Shown: positions 9,339-19,887, counted from the first letter of the stretch. The stretch is DNA of 64,000 nt from an uncultured Acidobacteriota bacterium (GCA_963770895.1 CAVYRF010000002.1:3616001-3680000), one strand, 5' to 3'. Made by a program: numbers and translations. The notes: generated by a model not told the origin, from the sequence alone.

Positions 9339-10648
9339 GCGCGCAGGCGGGCGCGCTCTTCGTCGCCGACCATCGCGGCGGGGCCGCTGGTGGTGGGCAT
9401 TTCCGCCACCAGGGTGTGCAGGCGCTGGTTGAGCGCCGCCGCCAGGTCGCGGTGCTGGGCCGCCACGTCGCGGTGTTCGCCGGGGTCGGCGGCCAGGTCG
9501 TAGAGGTGCCCGTCGTACAGCTTCCAGGGGGCCAGGCGGATCGACACCCCCGGGTCCGAATCCATGTGGCTGACGGCGAACCGCGGCAGGGCGGCGCGGC
9601 CCTGGGCGAGCGGCTCCAGGTCGCTGCCGCGGAACTGCCGCGGCTGCGGCCAGCCCATGGCGGCGACCAGGGTGGGGGCGATGTCGATCTGCCGCACCTG
9701 CGAGGTGACCGTTTCGCCGGCGTAGCGGCCGTCCGGGAACTTGATCAGCAGCGGCACCCGCAGCAGCTCGTCGTAGAGCGTATGGGAGTGCCAGCCGACC
9801 GAGCCGTGCTCGGCGAACTCTTCGCCGTGGTCGGAGGTGAAGACGATCAGCGCGCCGTCGTAGCGGCCGGTCCGCTTGAGGAAGTCGACCAGGTTGCCGA
9901 ACCCTTCGTCCATCGAGCGGATCTCGCCGTCGTAGGTGGCGACGATGTGCTCCAGGTCGCGCGGCCCGATGTGCAGCCGTCGGGTGCGGATGGCGAGCAG
10001 CGTCGGCATGTCCGTCTGCCCGGCCGGCAGCGGTCCGTGATAGGGCTCCGGCTCCTCCATCGCCAGGTAGCGCGGCGACGGCGTGTACGGATGGTGGACT
10101 TCGTAGGTGTGCAGAAACAGGAAGCGCGGCGCCGCCGGCGGGTGGGAGCCGAGCCAGCGCGTCGCCAGCGCCACGACGTCGGTGAAGTGATAGATGCCGG
10201 CGGGGGGAGACGAGCTGTACAGGTCGAAGCCGTGGTCGATGCCGTAGGCGGCGGCGATCTGGCCGCCGTCGTTCCACGACAGCGTCTGAAAGCCGTGCTG
10301 GCGGAAGATCGAGGCGATGGTCTGGAAGCGCGGCGACAGCGCGTGGTTGATGCGATGCTCGGCGCCGTGCTGCTGCGGCAGCAGCGACGTCATGATCGAA
10401 GCGTGCGACACCAGGGTCGAAGAGCCCGCGGCGATCGCCTGCTGGAACAGCACGGCATCCTGGCGGAAACGATCGATGTGCGGGGTTGTCGGCCGGCTGT
10501 AGCCGTAGCAGCCCAGGTGGTCGGCGCGCAGGGTGTCGATCGACACCAGGATGACGTCGCGCGGCAGGTCGACCGCGCCGGCGGCGCCCACGTCGTGCGC
10601 CCGCACCCGGCCCGGCAGCAGGCCGGCGGCCAGCGCCACCGCCGCCAC
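9320..10648 (-). CDS. Sulfatase-like (alkaline phosphatase superfamily) exported protein, Ser-type
   Basis: VILVSIDTLRADHLGCYGY, TLVSHASIMTS, HTYEVHHPY, FTSDHGEEF, LRALGY; start uncertain. Confidence 0.85.
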   Translation of the reverse strand: MAAVALAAGLLPGRVRAHDVGAAGAVDLPRDVILVSIDTLRADHLGCYGYSRPTTPHIDRFRQDAVLFQQAIAAGSSTLVSHASIMTSLLPQQHGAEHRINHALSPRFQTIASIFRQHGFQTLSWNDGGQIAAAYGIDHGFDLYSSSPPAGIYHFTDVVALATRWLGSHPPAAPRFLFLHTYEVHHPYTPSPRYLAMEEPEPYHGPLPAGQTDMPTLLAIRTRRLHIGPRDLEHIVATYDGEIRSMDEGFGNLVDFLKRTGRYDGALIVFTSDHGEEFAEHGSVGWHSHTLYDELLRVPLLIKFPDGRYAGETVTSQVRQIDIAPTLVAAMGWPQPRQFRGSDLEPLAQGRAALPRFAVSHMDSDPGVSIRLAPWKLYDGHLYDLAADPGEHRDVAAQHRDLAAALNQRLHTLVAEMPTTSGPAAMVGDEERARLRALGYLP

Positions 10649-10689
10649 GGCCCCCAGCGTCGTCCAGGCGAACGGCTGCCAGCGGGCGC

Positions 10690-13600
10690 TCAGACCTTCT
10701 CCCAGATCAGCACCTGGGCGGGGAGCCCGAGGGCCGCCGTGGCGTCCAGCTGGCCGGCCGGGCGCAGCGCGGGGTGCCGGGGCGGCGCGGGGTGCGGCTG
10801 GCCGCCGTCGGCGACGGCGGTGGTGGCGGTCGAGGGAGCGGCGGTCACCAGCAGGAAGAGGCCGCCGCGCGCCAGTCTGCCGGCGGCGTTTTCGAGCAGG
10901 ATCGGGTGGTCGCCGCCGGGTGTGAGATCGACGTGCAGCCAGGCGTCGCTGGGGAAGCGGCCGGCGCCCGGCAGGCCGCCGCCGCCGTCCGCCAGGCGGG
11001 AGCCCAGGTGGGCCGCCGCCGCCTGGTGCAGCTCGGCGGCGCGCGGGCTGTGCGCCGAAACCTCGACGGCGGCGGTGTTGGCGAGCGCGGGCAGCTGCTG
11101 GTCGAGCACCGCCAGCAGGCGAGTGAGCGCTTCGGGAGTGCAGCCCGCGCCGGCGGCGCCGTTGGCGGGATGGGCGCCATTGGCGCGATGGGCGCCATGG
11201 GCGCCGTTGTCCTGGCGCGGGGCGGCCGCCGCGCGATCGCGCGGCAACCGCTGCTCGACCGCCAGCAGGCTGCGGGAGTGCCCGGCCAGGCCCTGCTCGG
11301 CGGCGTCCTGCCGCACTGCCAGGCCGGCCAGCCGCGCGGTCAGCGTGTTCTGCCGGGTGGTCACGTCGTGCAGCGCCGCCAGCAGGTCCTGGCGCTCGGC
11401 GTTCATGTCGAGCAGCCGCGCCAGCTCCGCCTCCAGCGCGCCCAGGGAGGCGATCCGGGCGTCGAGCGCCGCGCCGGCGGCGTCGCGTGCCGCGTTGGCG
11501 GCGTCGCGTGCCGCGTCGGCGCCGATGCGTGCCGCCGCCTGCGCGTCGATCAGGGCGCGCAGCAGGTCGTGCTCGCGGTCCCAGGCGACCCCCAGGTCGC
11601 GAACGCGGCGGATGGCGCGGCGCAGGAATCGCCAGGCCCGCGCCGGGGCCGGTCCGCTGGCGGGAGCGCTCAGGCTGCTGCGGCGGCGCACCGCGTCCCA
11701 GCGCTCCAGCGCCCCGGCCAGGTCTGATGGCGACGGGGCGGCCGCGGCATCGGCGGGCGCTGCCGGCGCCGTTTGCGTGGTCGGAGCCGTGGGCGTCGCG
11801 TCTGCCGTGGGCGCGGTTGCCGGGGGCGTCGCTGCACCGGCAAGGGCGCCGCGCAGGCGCTCGCCTGCCGCCGCGGCGGCGCGCGCCACGTCCTGCCGCA
11901 GGTCTGCCGCCGGGCGCGCCCAGGAGTTGTCGGTCGCCGGATAGGCGGGCGTCTTGCGCAGCGCCAGGTGCACCGAGCAGAACACCTGGCCCTGGTGCGA
12001 CAGCACCAGGTGCGGCAGCCGGCGCTCGCCGTGGCCGATCTGGCGCGCCGCCTCCAGCAGCTCCCGCGAGGTGGCCAGCGTGGCGGCGGACACCGCCGGC
12101 ACCAGGTCGTCCACCGGTTCGAGGCCGCTTGCCTGGACGATGTGGCGGCGCAGGCCGGCAGCGTCGAACAGCTGCACGTCCTGCCAGCCGGAGGCTCCCG
12201 GCGGGCCGGCGATCAGGAACTCCGTCGACAGCACGGCGACCCCGCCCGGCGCCAGCACGCGGCCGATCTCATAGGCCGCGGCGGCCACGTCGGCAAGGCC
12301 GCCGAAGTGCTCGATGGAGCCGCTGGCGAAGACGCCGGCGAAGGTGTCGTCCGGGAAGTCGAGCACCCGTCCGTCCATGTGCTGCACCGTGAGCTTCCAC
12401 GATTCGAAGGGATAGGGGCACAGCTCCTGCGGGCGCGTCAGCATCAGGGTCGACGCTTCCTGCCATTGGCCGGGACCCAGGTAGAGGTCGGTGGCGATGA
12501 CCCGCGCGACGTGGCGGGTGAGGTAAAAGCAGGTCAGCTCGCTGCCCGCGCCGACGCCCAGCAGCGTCGCATCCGGCCGCAGGGCGCCGTAGCGGCGCAG
12601 GGCGCGGACGCTCATCGCGATCTCCCAATGCTTGCGGTCTTCGGTGCCGGCGGGGAAGTCCGCACCGCGCACCGCCGCTTCGTGGGGGAAGATGTCGCGG
12701 ATCAACGCCGCCAGCTCAGGGTCGCGGAAGTCCTCGATCGCGCAGACCTTGTTGTGGGCCAGGCCGCCACCCTCGCCGGCATCGGCGCCGGCATCGGCAG
12801 CGGGATCGGCGCCGGCGCCGGTGGCGGCCGCCTCCGGTGGCAGCTGGTGGGCCGGCCGCTCGGTCAGCTCTTCGATCACGGCGCGGTAATGGTCCGCCAT
12901 CTGCTGCAAGGTGCCATGCGCAAGATGATACTCGCGTGCGGCGCGTCCCGCCGCGGCCGCGTGGCCGGGATCGGCGGCCAGGCCGGCCAGCCAGCCGGCG
13001 AGGTGGACGGCTTCCTGGTCATCGGGCTTGATACGGTAGCAGAACCGCGCCGGCAGGTGGTCCCAATCGGCCACGTCGGTGACCGCCACCGGCCGGCCCG
13101 CGGCGATGGCGCGCAGGAGCGTCGCCGACATCTGCTTGCGGAAGGGAAAGCGCAGGTTGACCACCGCGTCGCAGGCCAGCAGCAGCCGGTAGAAGTCGCC
13201 CTTCGCCACCTGTTCGAACAGGCGCAGGCGGGAGGCGATGCCCAGGTCGCGCGCCACCTCCTTGAGGCGGATGCGGTAGGCGGGGCGCGAAAAGCGGCCG
13301 ACGACGATCAGCATGGCGCCGGGCACCTGGGGGGCGATGCGCGCCACCGCCTGCAGCGCGGCTTCGATGCGCTTGACCGGATCGGCGATGCCGAAGGTAC
13401 CCACGATGAAGGCGTCCGCCGGCAGGTTGTAGAACCGGCGCAGGGAAGCCGCGTCGCCGGCGGGATGGCTGATGCGCGGGTCTTCCACCCCCATCGGGAA
13501 GCTGAAGACCCGCGCCCGCGGATAGCGCTCTTCGATCTCCTGCGCGGCGCGCGGCAGGTGGACGATCTGGGCCAGGCTGGCGTCGATCAGTGAGCGCAGC

Positions 13601-15345
13601 ATGTAGTGCCGGCCCAGGAACTCTTCGCTGGCGCGGGTGCGGTCGGCGGGGTCGGTGCGCGACAGGGCGTCCCAGGCTTCGCGGGCCTGGCGCCCCTCCG
13701 CCACCTCGATCTCGCGGCCGATCTGGTCCACCGGCCAACCGGCGGCGAACAGGTCGAGGTGCACGTACCCCAGGGTCAGGTCGTGCAGCACCAGCACGCC
13801 GGGCCAGCGGCGGATGGCCTCCAGCATGAAGACGTGGAACATGGAGGCGCCCAGCTGGTAGATCACGGCGTCGAACGGCTGGCGCCGCCGGCGGCGCTCG
13901 AAGGCGGTGTAGTGGAAGACCGGCCAGGCGGTGACCAGCTCCTGGTCCGGCAGGTAGCCGTCGTCGACGAACAGCTCCAGGTCCGCCGCCGGCGCCAGCG
14001 CGCCCAGCAGCTCGGCGGTGTAGTCGGAGATGCCGCTGGCGATCGGCGGCAGCGGTCCCCAGAATGCCAGGCGCAGGCGGCGCGGCGGCGCCGGTTGCCG
14101 CCCGCGCGGCGGCAGGGGGCGGGGGGGGCGCGCCGCGTCGTCGTCAGCGATGGCCTGCCGGTAGCTTTGCAGCGTGGCCTCACCCAGGCGGCGCGGCGTG
14201 AAGCCGGCGGCGCGCGCCAGGCCGGCGGCGCGCAGATCGCGGCGCAAGCCGGGGTCGCCGTCGAGCTGGGCGAAGGCGCGGGCGAAGCTGGCCGGGTCTT
14301 CGGGGTCGACCAGCAGGCCGGCCTGGCCCACCACTTCCGCCGGCGCCCCGGCGCCGGCGGCGATGACCGGCGCGCCGCAGCGCATCGCCTCGAGCGCCGG
14401 CATGCCGAAGCCTTCGTAGCGCGACGGCAGCACGAAGAAATGGCAGGCGTTGTAGAGCGCCGCCAGCTCGCGGTCGGCGACGAAGCCGGGGACGATGGTC
14501 TGGTCCCGAATGCCCAGGTCGAGCAGCCAGCGCTCGACGACATGGCGCCCGGCCAGGTCGAAGTCGCCGACCACCACCAGCGGGTGGCGGCGGCGCCACG
14601 GCTCCGGCATCGCGGCGAAGGCGCGCAAGAGCGTCAGCGCGTTCTTGGCGTGGTGGAGGTGGGTGAGCGACAGCACGAAGTCTTCGGGCAGCGGCACGCG
14701 GTGCCGGAGGTCCGTCAGGGCGGCCGCCACGGCCGGCGCGTCGAGCGGCCGGAACCAGGGTTCGGCGATCGGGTAGGCGACGTCGATGCGCCGGCGGTCG
14801 ATGCCCAGCTGGTCGGCGGCTTCGTCGCGCGCAAAGCTGGAGATGGCCAGCAGGCGGTCGGCGAAGCGCAGCGCCCGCGTCGTGCGCAGGTAGCGCGCCA
14901 GCTCCGCGCCGCGAAAGTAGCGGTCGCGGTAGATCAGCGGGATCAGGTCGTAGTGCGTCGCGACCAGGGCGCAGCTGTCGCAGCGCCAGAAGGCAGGCTC
15001 CGCGTTCTGAAACGGCGTCGTGGCATGGAAGAGGTCCAGCCCCAGGTCGGCAAGCAGCCCTGAAAGGGCGGCGGCATGGCGCAACAGGTCGCGCTCGGCG
15101 TGAGGCTCGCCCTGGCCGGTCAAACCGGGTGGCAGGCTCGCCCGCGAGACGTTGGGCGCGGCGGCGATCTCGGGCAGCAGCAGCTCGGGATCGCCGTCGG
15201 GCGCCAGCAGCAGCACGAACTGGTGCTGCCGCGCCTCCGGCAGGCGCAGGACTTCGCGCAGCTGCTGCTGGGTGAAGCGCCCCATGCCGCGGTCGACCGT
15301 GGCGCGGCCGCCGGACAGCATGCGGAAATCGACCCCGAATCGCAT
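10690..15345 (-). CDS. Multidomain glycosyltransferase: GT4-GT4-SAM methyltransferase-coiled coil
   Basis: GT4 #1 THYDLIP...PSRYEGFGMPALEAM; GT4 #2 GPLPPIASGISDY...VVNLRFP; MTase LGVGAGSE, MDGRVLDFPDDTF, SIEHFG, VLAPGG; heptad-rich region ~11240-11620. Confidence 0.85.
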   Translation of the reverse strand: MRFGVDFRMLSGGRATVDRGMGRFTQQQLREVLRLPEARQHQFVLLLAPDGDPELLLPEIAAAPNVSRASLPPGLTGQGEPHAERDLLRHAAALSGLLADLGLDLFHATTPFQNAEPAFWRCDSCALVATHYDLIPLIYRDRYFRGAELARYLRTTRALRFADRLLAISSFARDEAADQLGIDRRRIDVAYPIAEPWFRPLDAPAVAAALTDLRHRVPLPEDFVLSLTHLHHAKNALTLLRAFAAMPEPWRRRHPLVVVGDFDLAGRHVVERWLLDLGIRDQTIVPGFVADRELAALYNACHFFVLPSRYEGFGMPALEAMRCGAPVIAAGAGAPAEVVGQAGLLVDPEDPASFARAFAQLDGDPGLRRDLRAAGLARAAGFTPRRLGEATLQSYRQAIADDDAARPPRPLPPRGRQPAPPRRLRLAFWGPLPPIASGISDYTAELLGALAPAADLELFVDDGYLPDQELVTAWPVFHYTAFERRRRRQPFDAVIYQLGASMFHVFMLEAIRRWPGVLVLHDLTLGYVHLDLFAAGWPVDQIGREIEVAEGRQAREAWDALSRTDPADRTRASEEFLGRHYMLRSLIDASLAQIVHLPRAAQEIEERYPRARVFSFPMGVEDPRISHPAGDAASLRRFYNLPADAFIVGTFGIADPVKRIEAALQAVARIAPQVPGAMLIVVGRFSRPAYRIRLKEVARDLGIASRLRLFEQVAKGDFYRLLLACDAVVNLRFPFRKQMSATLLRAIAAGRPVAVTDVADWDHLPARFCYRIKPDDQEAVHLAGWLAGLAADPGHAAAAGRAAREYHLAHGTLQQMADHYRAVIEELTERPAHQLPPEAAATGAGADPAADAGADAGEGGGLAHNKVCAIEDFRDPELAALIRDIFPHEAAVRGADFPAGTEDRKHWEIAMSVRALRRYGALRPDATLLGVGAGSELTCFYLTRHVARVIATDLYLGPGQWQEASTLMLTRPQELCPYPFESWKLTVQHMDGRVLDFPDDTFAGVFASGSIEHFGGLADVAAAAYEIGRVLAPGGVAVLSTEFLIAGPPGASGWQDVQLFDAAGLRRHIVQASGLEPVDDLVPAVSAATLATSRELLEAARQIGHGERRLPHLVLSHQGQVFCSVHLALRKTPAYPATDNSWARPAADLRQDVARAAAAAGERLRGALAGAATPPATAPTADATPTAPTTQTAPAAPADAAAAPSPSDLAGALERWDAVRRRSSLSAPASGPAPARAWRFLRRAIRRVRDLGVAWDREHDLLRALIDAQAAARIGADAARDAANAARDAAGAALDARIASLGALEAELARLLDMNAERQDLLAALHDVTTRQNTLTARLAGLAVRQDAAEQGLAGHSRSLLAVEQRLPRDRAAAAPRQDNGAHGAHRANGAHPANGAAGAGCTPEALTRLLAVLDQQLPALANTAAVEVSAHSPRAAELHQAAAAHLGSRLADGGGGLPGAGRFPSDAWLHVDLTPGGDHPILLENAAGRLARGGLFLLVTAAPSTATTAVADGGQPHPAPPRHPALRPAGQLDATAALGLPAQVLIWEKV

Positions 15346-15601
15346 GTCCAGGTCAGCGGCGGACGAGGCTCGCGAAGCCAGCGGCGACTTGTGACATTGA
15401 AGCCACAATCATAGCCGACCGCGGCGCGACATGGAACGCCGGGGGGGTGGCACCCACCCGTGGACACCCCGGGGGAGCAAGCGATCGCGTGACAGCCGGC
15501 AGATCCTGCTGGACAGGTGGCGGAGCGGACCCATACACTAGGAGCGGTTCCAAAAAACCGTGGACATGCCTGCCAGAGGGCAGGCAAGGAGGGTTGTTGC
15601 A

Positions 15602-16534
15602 ATGAGATCTGAACGGCTCCGAGTGCTCGGGTTGACTCTGCTCCTGCTGCTGACTTTGACGACGCTTGCCCATGCGCAGGCGACGCGGACCTGGGTGTCT
15701 GGGGTGGGCGACGACGCCAACCCGTGCAGCCGCACGGCCCCCTGCAAGACGTTCGCCGGCGCCATCTCCAAGACCGCCGCCGGCGGTGAGATCAACGTGC
15801 TGGATCCGGGCGGATTCGGCGCCTTGACCATCACCAAGGCGATTTCGATCGAGGCTGACGGACTGATCGCCGGCGTGCTGGTGTCGGGCACCAACGGCTT
15901 CGTCATCGCGGCCGGGGCGACCGACACGGTGACGCTGCGCGGCCTGACGTTCGAGGGCATCGGCACCGGCCTGAACGGGGTCTCGATCCTGTCGGCAGGC
16001 AACGTGCTCATCGATCACTGCTATATCAACGGTTTCACCAACGAGGGCATCAACATCGCGCCCGCCGCGCCGGCGACCGCCACCAACGTGACGATCCAGG
16101 ACACCACGATCAAGGGCACCACGGGCGCCGTCCCCAACGGCTACGGCATCTACGTCAAACCCGCCGCGGGCACGACCGCCAACGTGACGATCAATCGCGT
16201 CACGGCCAACACCAACCAGGCCGGCGCCCTGCGCCTGGAAGGCAGCGCCAGCAAGGCGACGGTGCGCGACAGCAATTTCTCGCTCAACACCGCCGGCAAC
16301 GCCGTGGTGGCCAATACCAGCTCGACGATCAGCATGGACAACACGCTGATCGCGGGCAACGCCAACGGCATTGTCGCCAGCAACTCCGGCACCGTGCGGA
16401 TCAGCAACATTTCGCTCTTCGACAACACCAACAACGCCATCAACGCGACGGGCGGCACGGTGCTGTCGTTCGAGAACAACCGCATCGTCGGCACCATCAC
16501 CGGCGGCCCGATCTCGACCCAGGCCCAGCAGTAG
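15602..16534 (+). CDS. Secreted right-handed parallel beta-helix protein
   Basis: Signal peptide, ATRTWVSGVGDDANPCSRTAPCKTFAGA, Asn/Ile-rich repeats; SD AAGGAGG. Confidence 0.85.
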   Translation: MRSERLRVLGLTLLLLLTLTTLAHAQATRTWVSGVGDDANPCSRTAPCKTFAGAISKTAAGGEINVLDPGGFGALTITKAISIEADGLIAGVLVSGTNGFVIAAGATDTVTLRGLTFEGIGTGLNGVSILSAGNVLIDHCYINGFTNEGINIAPAAPATATNVTIQDTTIKGTTGAVPNGYGIYVKPAAGTTANVTINRVTANTNQAGALRLEGSASKATVRDSNFSLNTAGNAVVANTSSTISMDNTLIAGNANGIVASNSGTVRISNISLFDNTNNAINATGGTVLSFENNRIVGTITGGPISTQAQQ

Positions 16535-16579
16535 GCAGGCCGCCGTTCGCGGCATGCGGCCGGGAGGCGTGGCGATCGA

Positions 16580-17953
16580 ATGACGCAAACGGCTTTGGAT
16601 GGCGGACCGGCGCGCGCCACGGCGCCGGTCCGTGGCCGCATGTTGCTCGACATGGGCGGCTACCAGTGGGCGGTGCTATTTGCCGCCTGGCTGGGGTGGG
16701 GTTTCGACTGCTTCGACAGCCTGCTGTTCAACTTTGTCGCTCCCAATTGCGTGCCGACGCTGCTCGGCCTGCCGCTGGGGTCGCCGGCAGCCAAGTCGGC
16801 GACGCTGCTGTGGACCGGGATCTTCACCTCGCTGCTGCTGCTGGGGTGGGCGGCGGGCGGCATCCTGATGGGGCACGTGGCGGACCGCATCGGCCGCAGC
16901 CGGACGCTGCTGCTGACCATGCTGATCTATTCGCTCGGCACCGCCGCCTGCGCCCTGGCGCCCAACCTGTGGGTGCTGGGGCTGTGCCGGATGGTGTCCA
17001 GCCTGGGCATCGGCGGTGAATGGGCCGCCGGTGCGGCGATGGTCGCCGAGGTGGTGCCCGAAAAGCGCCGCGTCGAAGCCGGCGCGCTGCTGTACACCTC
17101 GGCGCCGCTGGGGCTGTTCCTGGCCAGCTTCACCAACCTGCAGATCGCCGGCAGGTTCTTCAAGTCCTCGCCGGAAGTTTCATGGCGCTACGTCTTCCTG
17201 GCCGGGCTGGCGCCGGCGGTCGTCGCCATCCTGGTGCGGGTGTTCGTGCGCGAGCCGGAGCGGTGGCGCCTGGTGGCGCAGCGCTCGGCGCGGCCGCGGC
17301 TGCGCGAGCTGTTCACGCCGGAGTACCGGCGGCTGACGCTCGCCGGCTGCCTGATGGCGGGGGTGGCGCTGATCAGCTGGTGGAGCAGCAACGCCTTCAT
17401 CCCGATCATCAGCGGCGGCCTGGCGACGGTCACGGCCAAGGCGCGCGCCCTGGACCGCGTCGCCACGGTGGTGCTGGTCGAGCACTGGAAGTCGGCGGCG
17501 ACCAACTACTTCAACGTCGGCGGCCTGCTGGGCACCCTGCTCACCGTGCCGGCGGCGAAGCTGCTCGGGCGGCGCCCGATGTTCGCCATCTATTACACCG
17601 GCGCGGGGCTGTCGATGCTCGCCGCCTACGGCCTGGACCTGGCGCCCGAAACGCGCCTGGCGATGTACTTTCTGATCGGTCTGACAGCCTTCGGCGTGCT
17701 GGGCAGCTTCACCTACTACCTGCCCGAGCTGTTCCCCACCCGCCTGCGGGGAACCGGCGCCGGATTCACCTACAACGTCAGCCGCGTCGTCGCGGCCGCC
17801 GGGCCGCTGCTCATCGGCAGCATCGCGGCGCAGGGCGCCAACTCCCTGACGACCGCCCTGCGCGCGCTGTTCTATGTCGGGTTTGCGCCGCTTCTGGGCC
17901 TGGCTTTCCTGCCCCTCGCCATCGAAACCAAGGGCCGGCCGCTGGAGGATTGA
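16580..17953 (+). CDS. MFS transporter
   Basis: GHVADRIGRSR (motif A), GIGGEW, LPELFPTRLRGTG; many TM segments. Confidence 0.9.
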   Translation: MTQTALDGGPARATAPVRGRMLLDMGGYQWAVLFAAWLGWGFDCFDSLLFNFVAPNCVPTLLGLPLGSPAAKSATLLWTGIFTSLLLLGWAAGGILMGHVADRIGRSRTLLLTMLIYSLGTAACALAPNLWVLGLCRMVSSLGIGGEWAAGAAMVAEVVPEKRRVEAGALLYTSAPLGLFLASFTNLQIAGRFFKSSPEVSWRYVFLAGLAPAVVAILVRVFVREPERWRLVAQRSARPRLRELFTPEYRRLTLAGCLMAGVALISWWSSNAFIPIISGGLATVTAKARALDRVATVVLVEHWKSAATNYFNVGGLLGTLLTVPAAKLLGRRPMFAIYYTGAGLSMLAAYGLDLAPETRLAMYFLIGLTAFGVLGSFTYYLPELFPTRLRGTGAGFTYNVSRVVAAAGPLLIGSIAAQGANSLTTALRALFYVGFAPLLGLAFLPLAIETKGRPLED

Positions 17954-18065
17954 GCGCGGCCGGGCTGGCCTGGCTGCGCACGCTGCCGGACCCATGCCGG
18001 CACGGCGGGCGCGGTGGGTGCAGCGGGCGGAGCCAGGCCCCGTCTTGCAGGCCGGGGCTGCCGGC

Positions 18066-18857
18066 TTACGGCTTGATCACGTAGTTGACCGTGATGTTGG
18101 TCTTGTTGTGGTTCTGGTCGGTGGCGACGACGATCACCACGTGCGACTTGGCGTCGGTGCTGTCCGCCTTGATCATGCCGGTGGAAGACTGGCCGCCCAG
18201 GGCCATGGTGGCGATGGGCTGCACGTTGAGGCCGTTGGACTTGAGGTGATCCTGATAGAAGGCGACGACCTTGTCGACCGAGTCGGTGGTGGTCATCGAG
18301 AAGGTCTGGGTGGAACCGTCGCTCGAAGAGGTGGCGGACATGCCGCCCTGGACGTCCGCTCCCGGATAGGCCGGCAACCAGGAAGGCAGGCTCTTGGGCG
18401 TGCCGGCGTTGGCGGAAAAGGTCGACTGATTGCCCTTGTCGTCGGTGACCTTCAACACCGCGCCCGAACCCGACCCATTGGCGGCGGTGGCGTCGAAGAC
18501 CGCGGTGCCGCCCTTGTCGCTGGAGAACTTGATCTTGCCGTTCTTGATGTCGTCCATGCTCACCGTGACCGTGTCGTTGGTCTTCTTGTTGTGAACGGTC
18601 AAGGTGTTGGCGGTGTCGTCAGAGCTCACCAGCTCGAGATCGGGGTTGGCCTGCACGATGAGCTTCGCCGTCGCCATGCCAGGGTTCTTCTGGAACGGGT
18701 CGACCACCTTGGTTTTCACGATATATGCGCCGACCACCATCGCGATCACGCCCAGGACCAGAATTGCGCCGCACCCGATCGCGATCCAACCGAGTGGACC
18801 CATACCCTTCTTGGCCGCCGGCTGCACAGGGCCGGGCGGCGGAGATTGCACCGTCAT
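18066..18857 (-). CDS. Hypothetical membrane-anchored protein
   Basis: SD-preceded ATG; KKGMGPLGWIAIGCG + TM; C-terminal LPSWLPAYPGA...VVAFYQDHL; strong coding bias. Confidence 0.75.
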   Translation of the reverse strand: MTVQSPPPGPVQPAAKKGMGPLGWIAIGCGAILVLGVIAMVVGAYIVKTKVVDPFQKNPGMATAKLIVQANPDLELVSSDDTANTLTVHNKKTNDTVTVSMDDIKNGKIKFSSDKGGTAVFDATAANGSGSGAVLKVTDDKGNQSTFSANAGTPKSLPSWLPAYPGADVQGGMSATSSSDGSTQTFSMTTTDSVDKVVAFYQDHLKSNGLNVQPIATMALGGQSSTGMIKADSTDAKSHVVIVVATDQNHNKTNITVNYVIKP

Positions 18858-19103
18858 GAAAGATCCCCTTTCTGAGGAAGTTGTCCGGCTAAAGCCTGCC
18901 CCTACGCTACCACGCCGCGGCCGGGAGCGCCTCGGTTTTGCGCTTGCGCCAGGTTCGATACGCGCGTTTATCGATTCTCTGCTATGCTTGCGCCGCATTC
19001 CAAGGGATGGGGAGTCGCTGGGTACCGCAAGCCGACGTGCTTCGACATGGTTTGGTGACATGTGGGCACGAGGTTTGAATAGGACTCCGTGCGGAGGTGG
19101 GGC

Positions 19104-19793
19104 ATGAATTACTTTCTGGGCGTCCTGCTACTTTCACTGGTTCCAACCACCGCTCCCTCGAATGGCGTCCAGCCGGCGCCGGCCTCCTTTGACCGTCAGC
19201 TGGAGCGATTCACCCAGCTGGCGATCGAGGGCAAGACCCAGGAGGCGGTCGTCTTCCTGAGAAAGCCCGGATTCCTCAAGGCGGTGGATCGCGAAGGGCA
19301 TACGGCGCTGTTCGGCGCTGCCGTCGCCTGCAACACGGACGTGCTGGACCTGGTGCTGGCCAGCTCGCCGGCGCTCAACCACCGCGATCGCGCTGGCGCC
19401 ACCGCCCTGTTCTACGCCGCCAGCCAGGGGCGCAGCGAAGTGGTGCGACGCCTGGTCGAGCACGGCGCCGACGTCAATCTACCGAACGAGCAGGGGCGGA
19501 CGCCGCTGATGGCGGCGGTGATGATGAATCACCTGGGAGCCAGCCGTCTGCTGCTCAGCGCCCGGGCCGACGTGAACGTGCAGGACAAGAACGGTTCGAC
19601 GGCCCTGATCGAGGCTGTCGAAGGTAGCCATTTCGACCTGGTGAACCTGCTGCTGCAGCACGGCGCCAATCCCCGTCTGGCGCGCAACAACGGCACCACG
19701 CCGCTGCAAGTCGCGCAGATCAAGGCGCAGCCCAAGATGGTCGATCTGCTACGCCACGAAGAAGACGCCACCGATCCCGCAAACCAGCCCTGA
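19104..19793 (+). CDS. Secreted ankyrin repeat protein
   Basis: GHTALF, GATALFYAA, GRTPLMAA, GSTALIEA, GTTPLQVA repeats; N-terminal signal; SD GGAGG. Confidence 0.9.
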   Translation: MNYFLGVLLLSLVPTTAPSNGVQPAPASFDRQLERFTQLAIEGKTQEAVVFLRKPGFLKAVDREGHTALFGAAVACNTDVLDLVLASSPALNHRDRAGATALFYAASQGRSEVVRRLVEHGADVNLPNEQGRTPLMAAVMMNHLGASRLLLSARADVNVQDKNGSTALIEAVEGSHFDLVNLLLQHGANPRLARNNGTTPLQVAQIKAQPKMVDLLRHEEDATDPANQP

Positions 19794-19887
19794 CATAGCG
19801 CCGGGCACACGCGTCGCGGTCCATCCAGGCCAGTTGGATCCTGGAATGCGGCAGGCGGTTCTGACCTGGCGTCGCCGGGTGCGGTTG

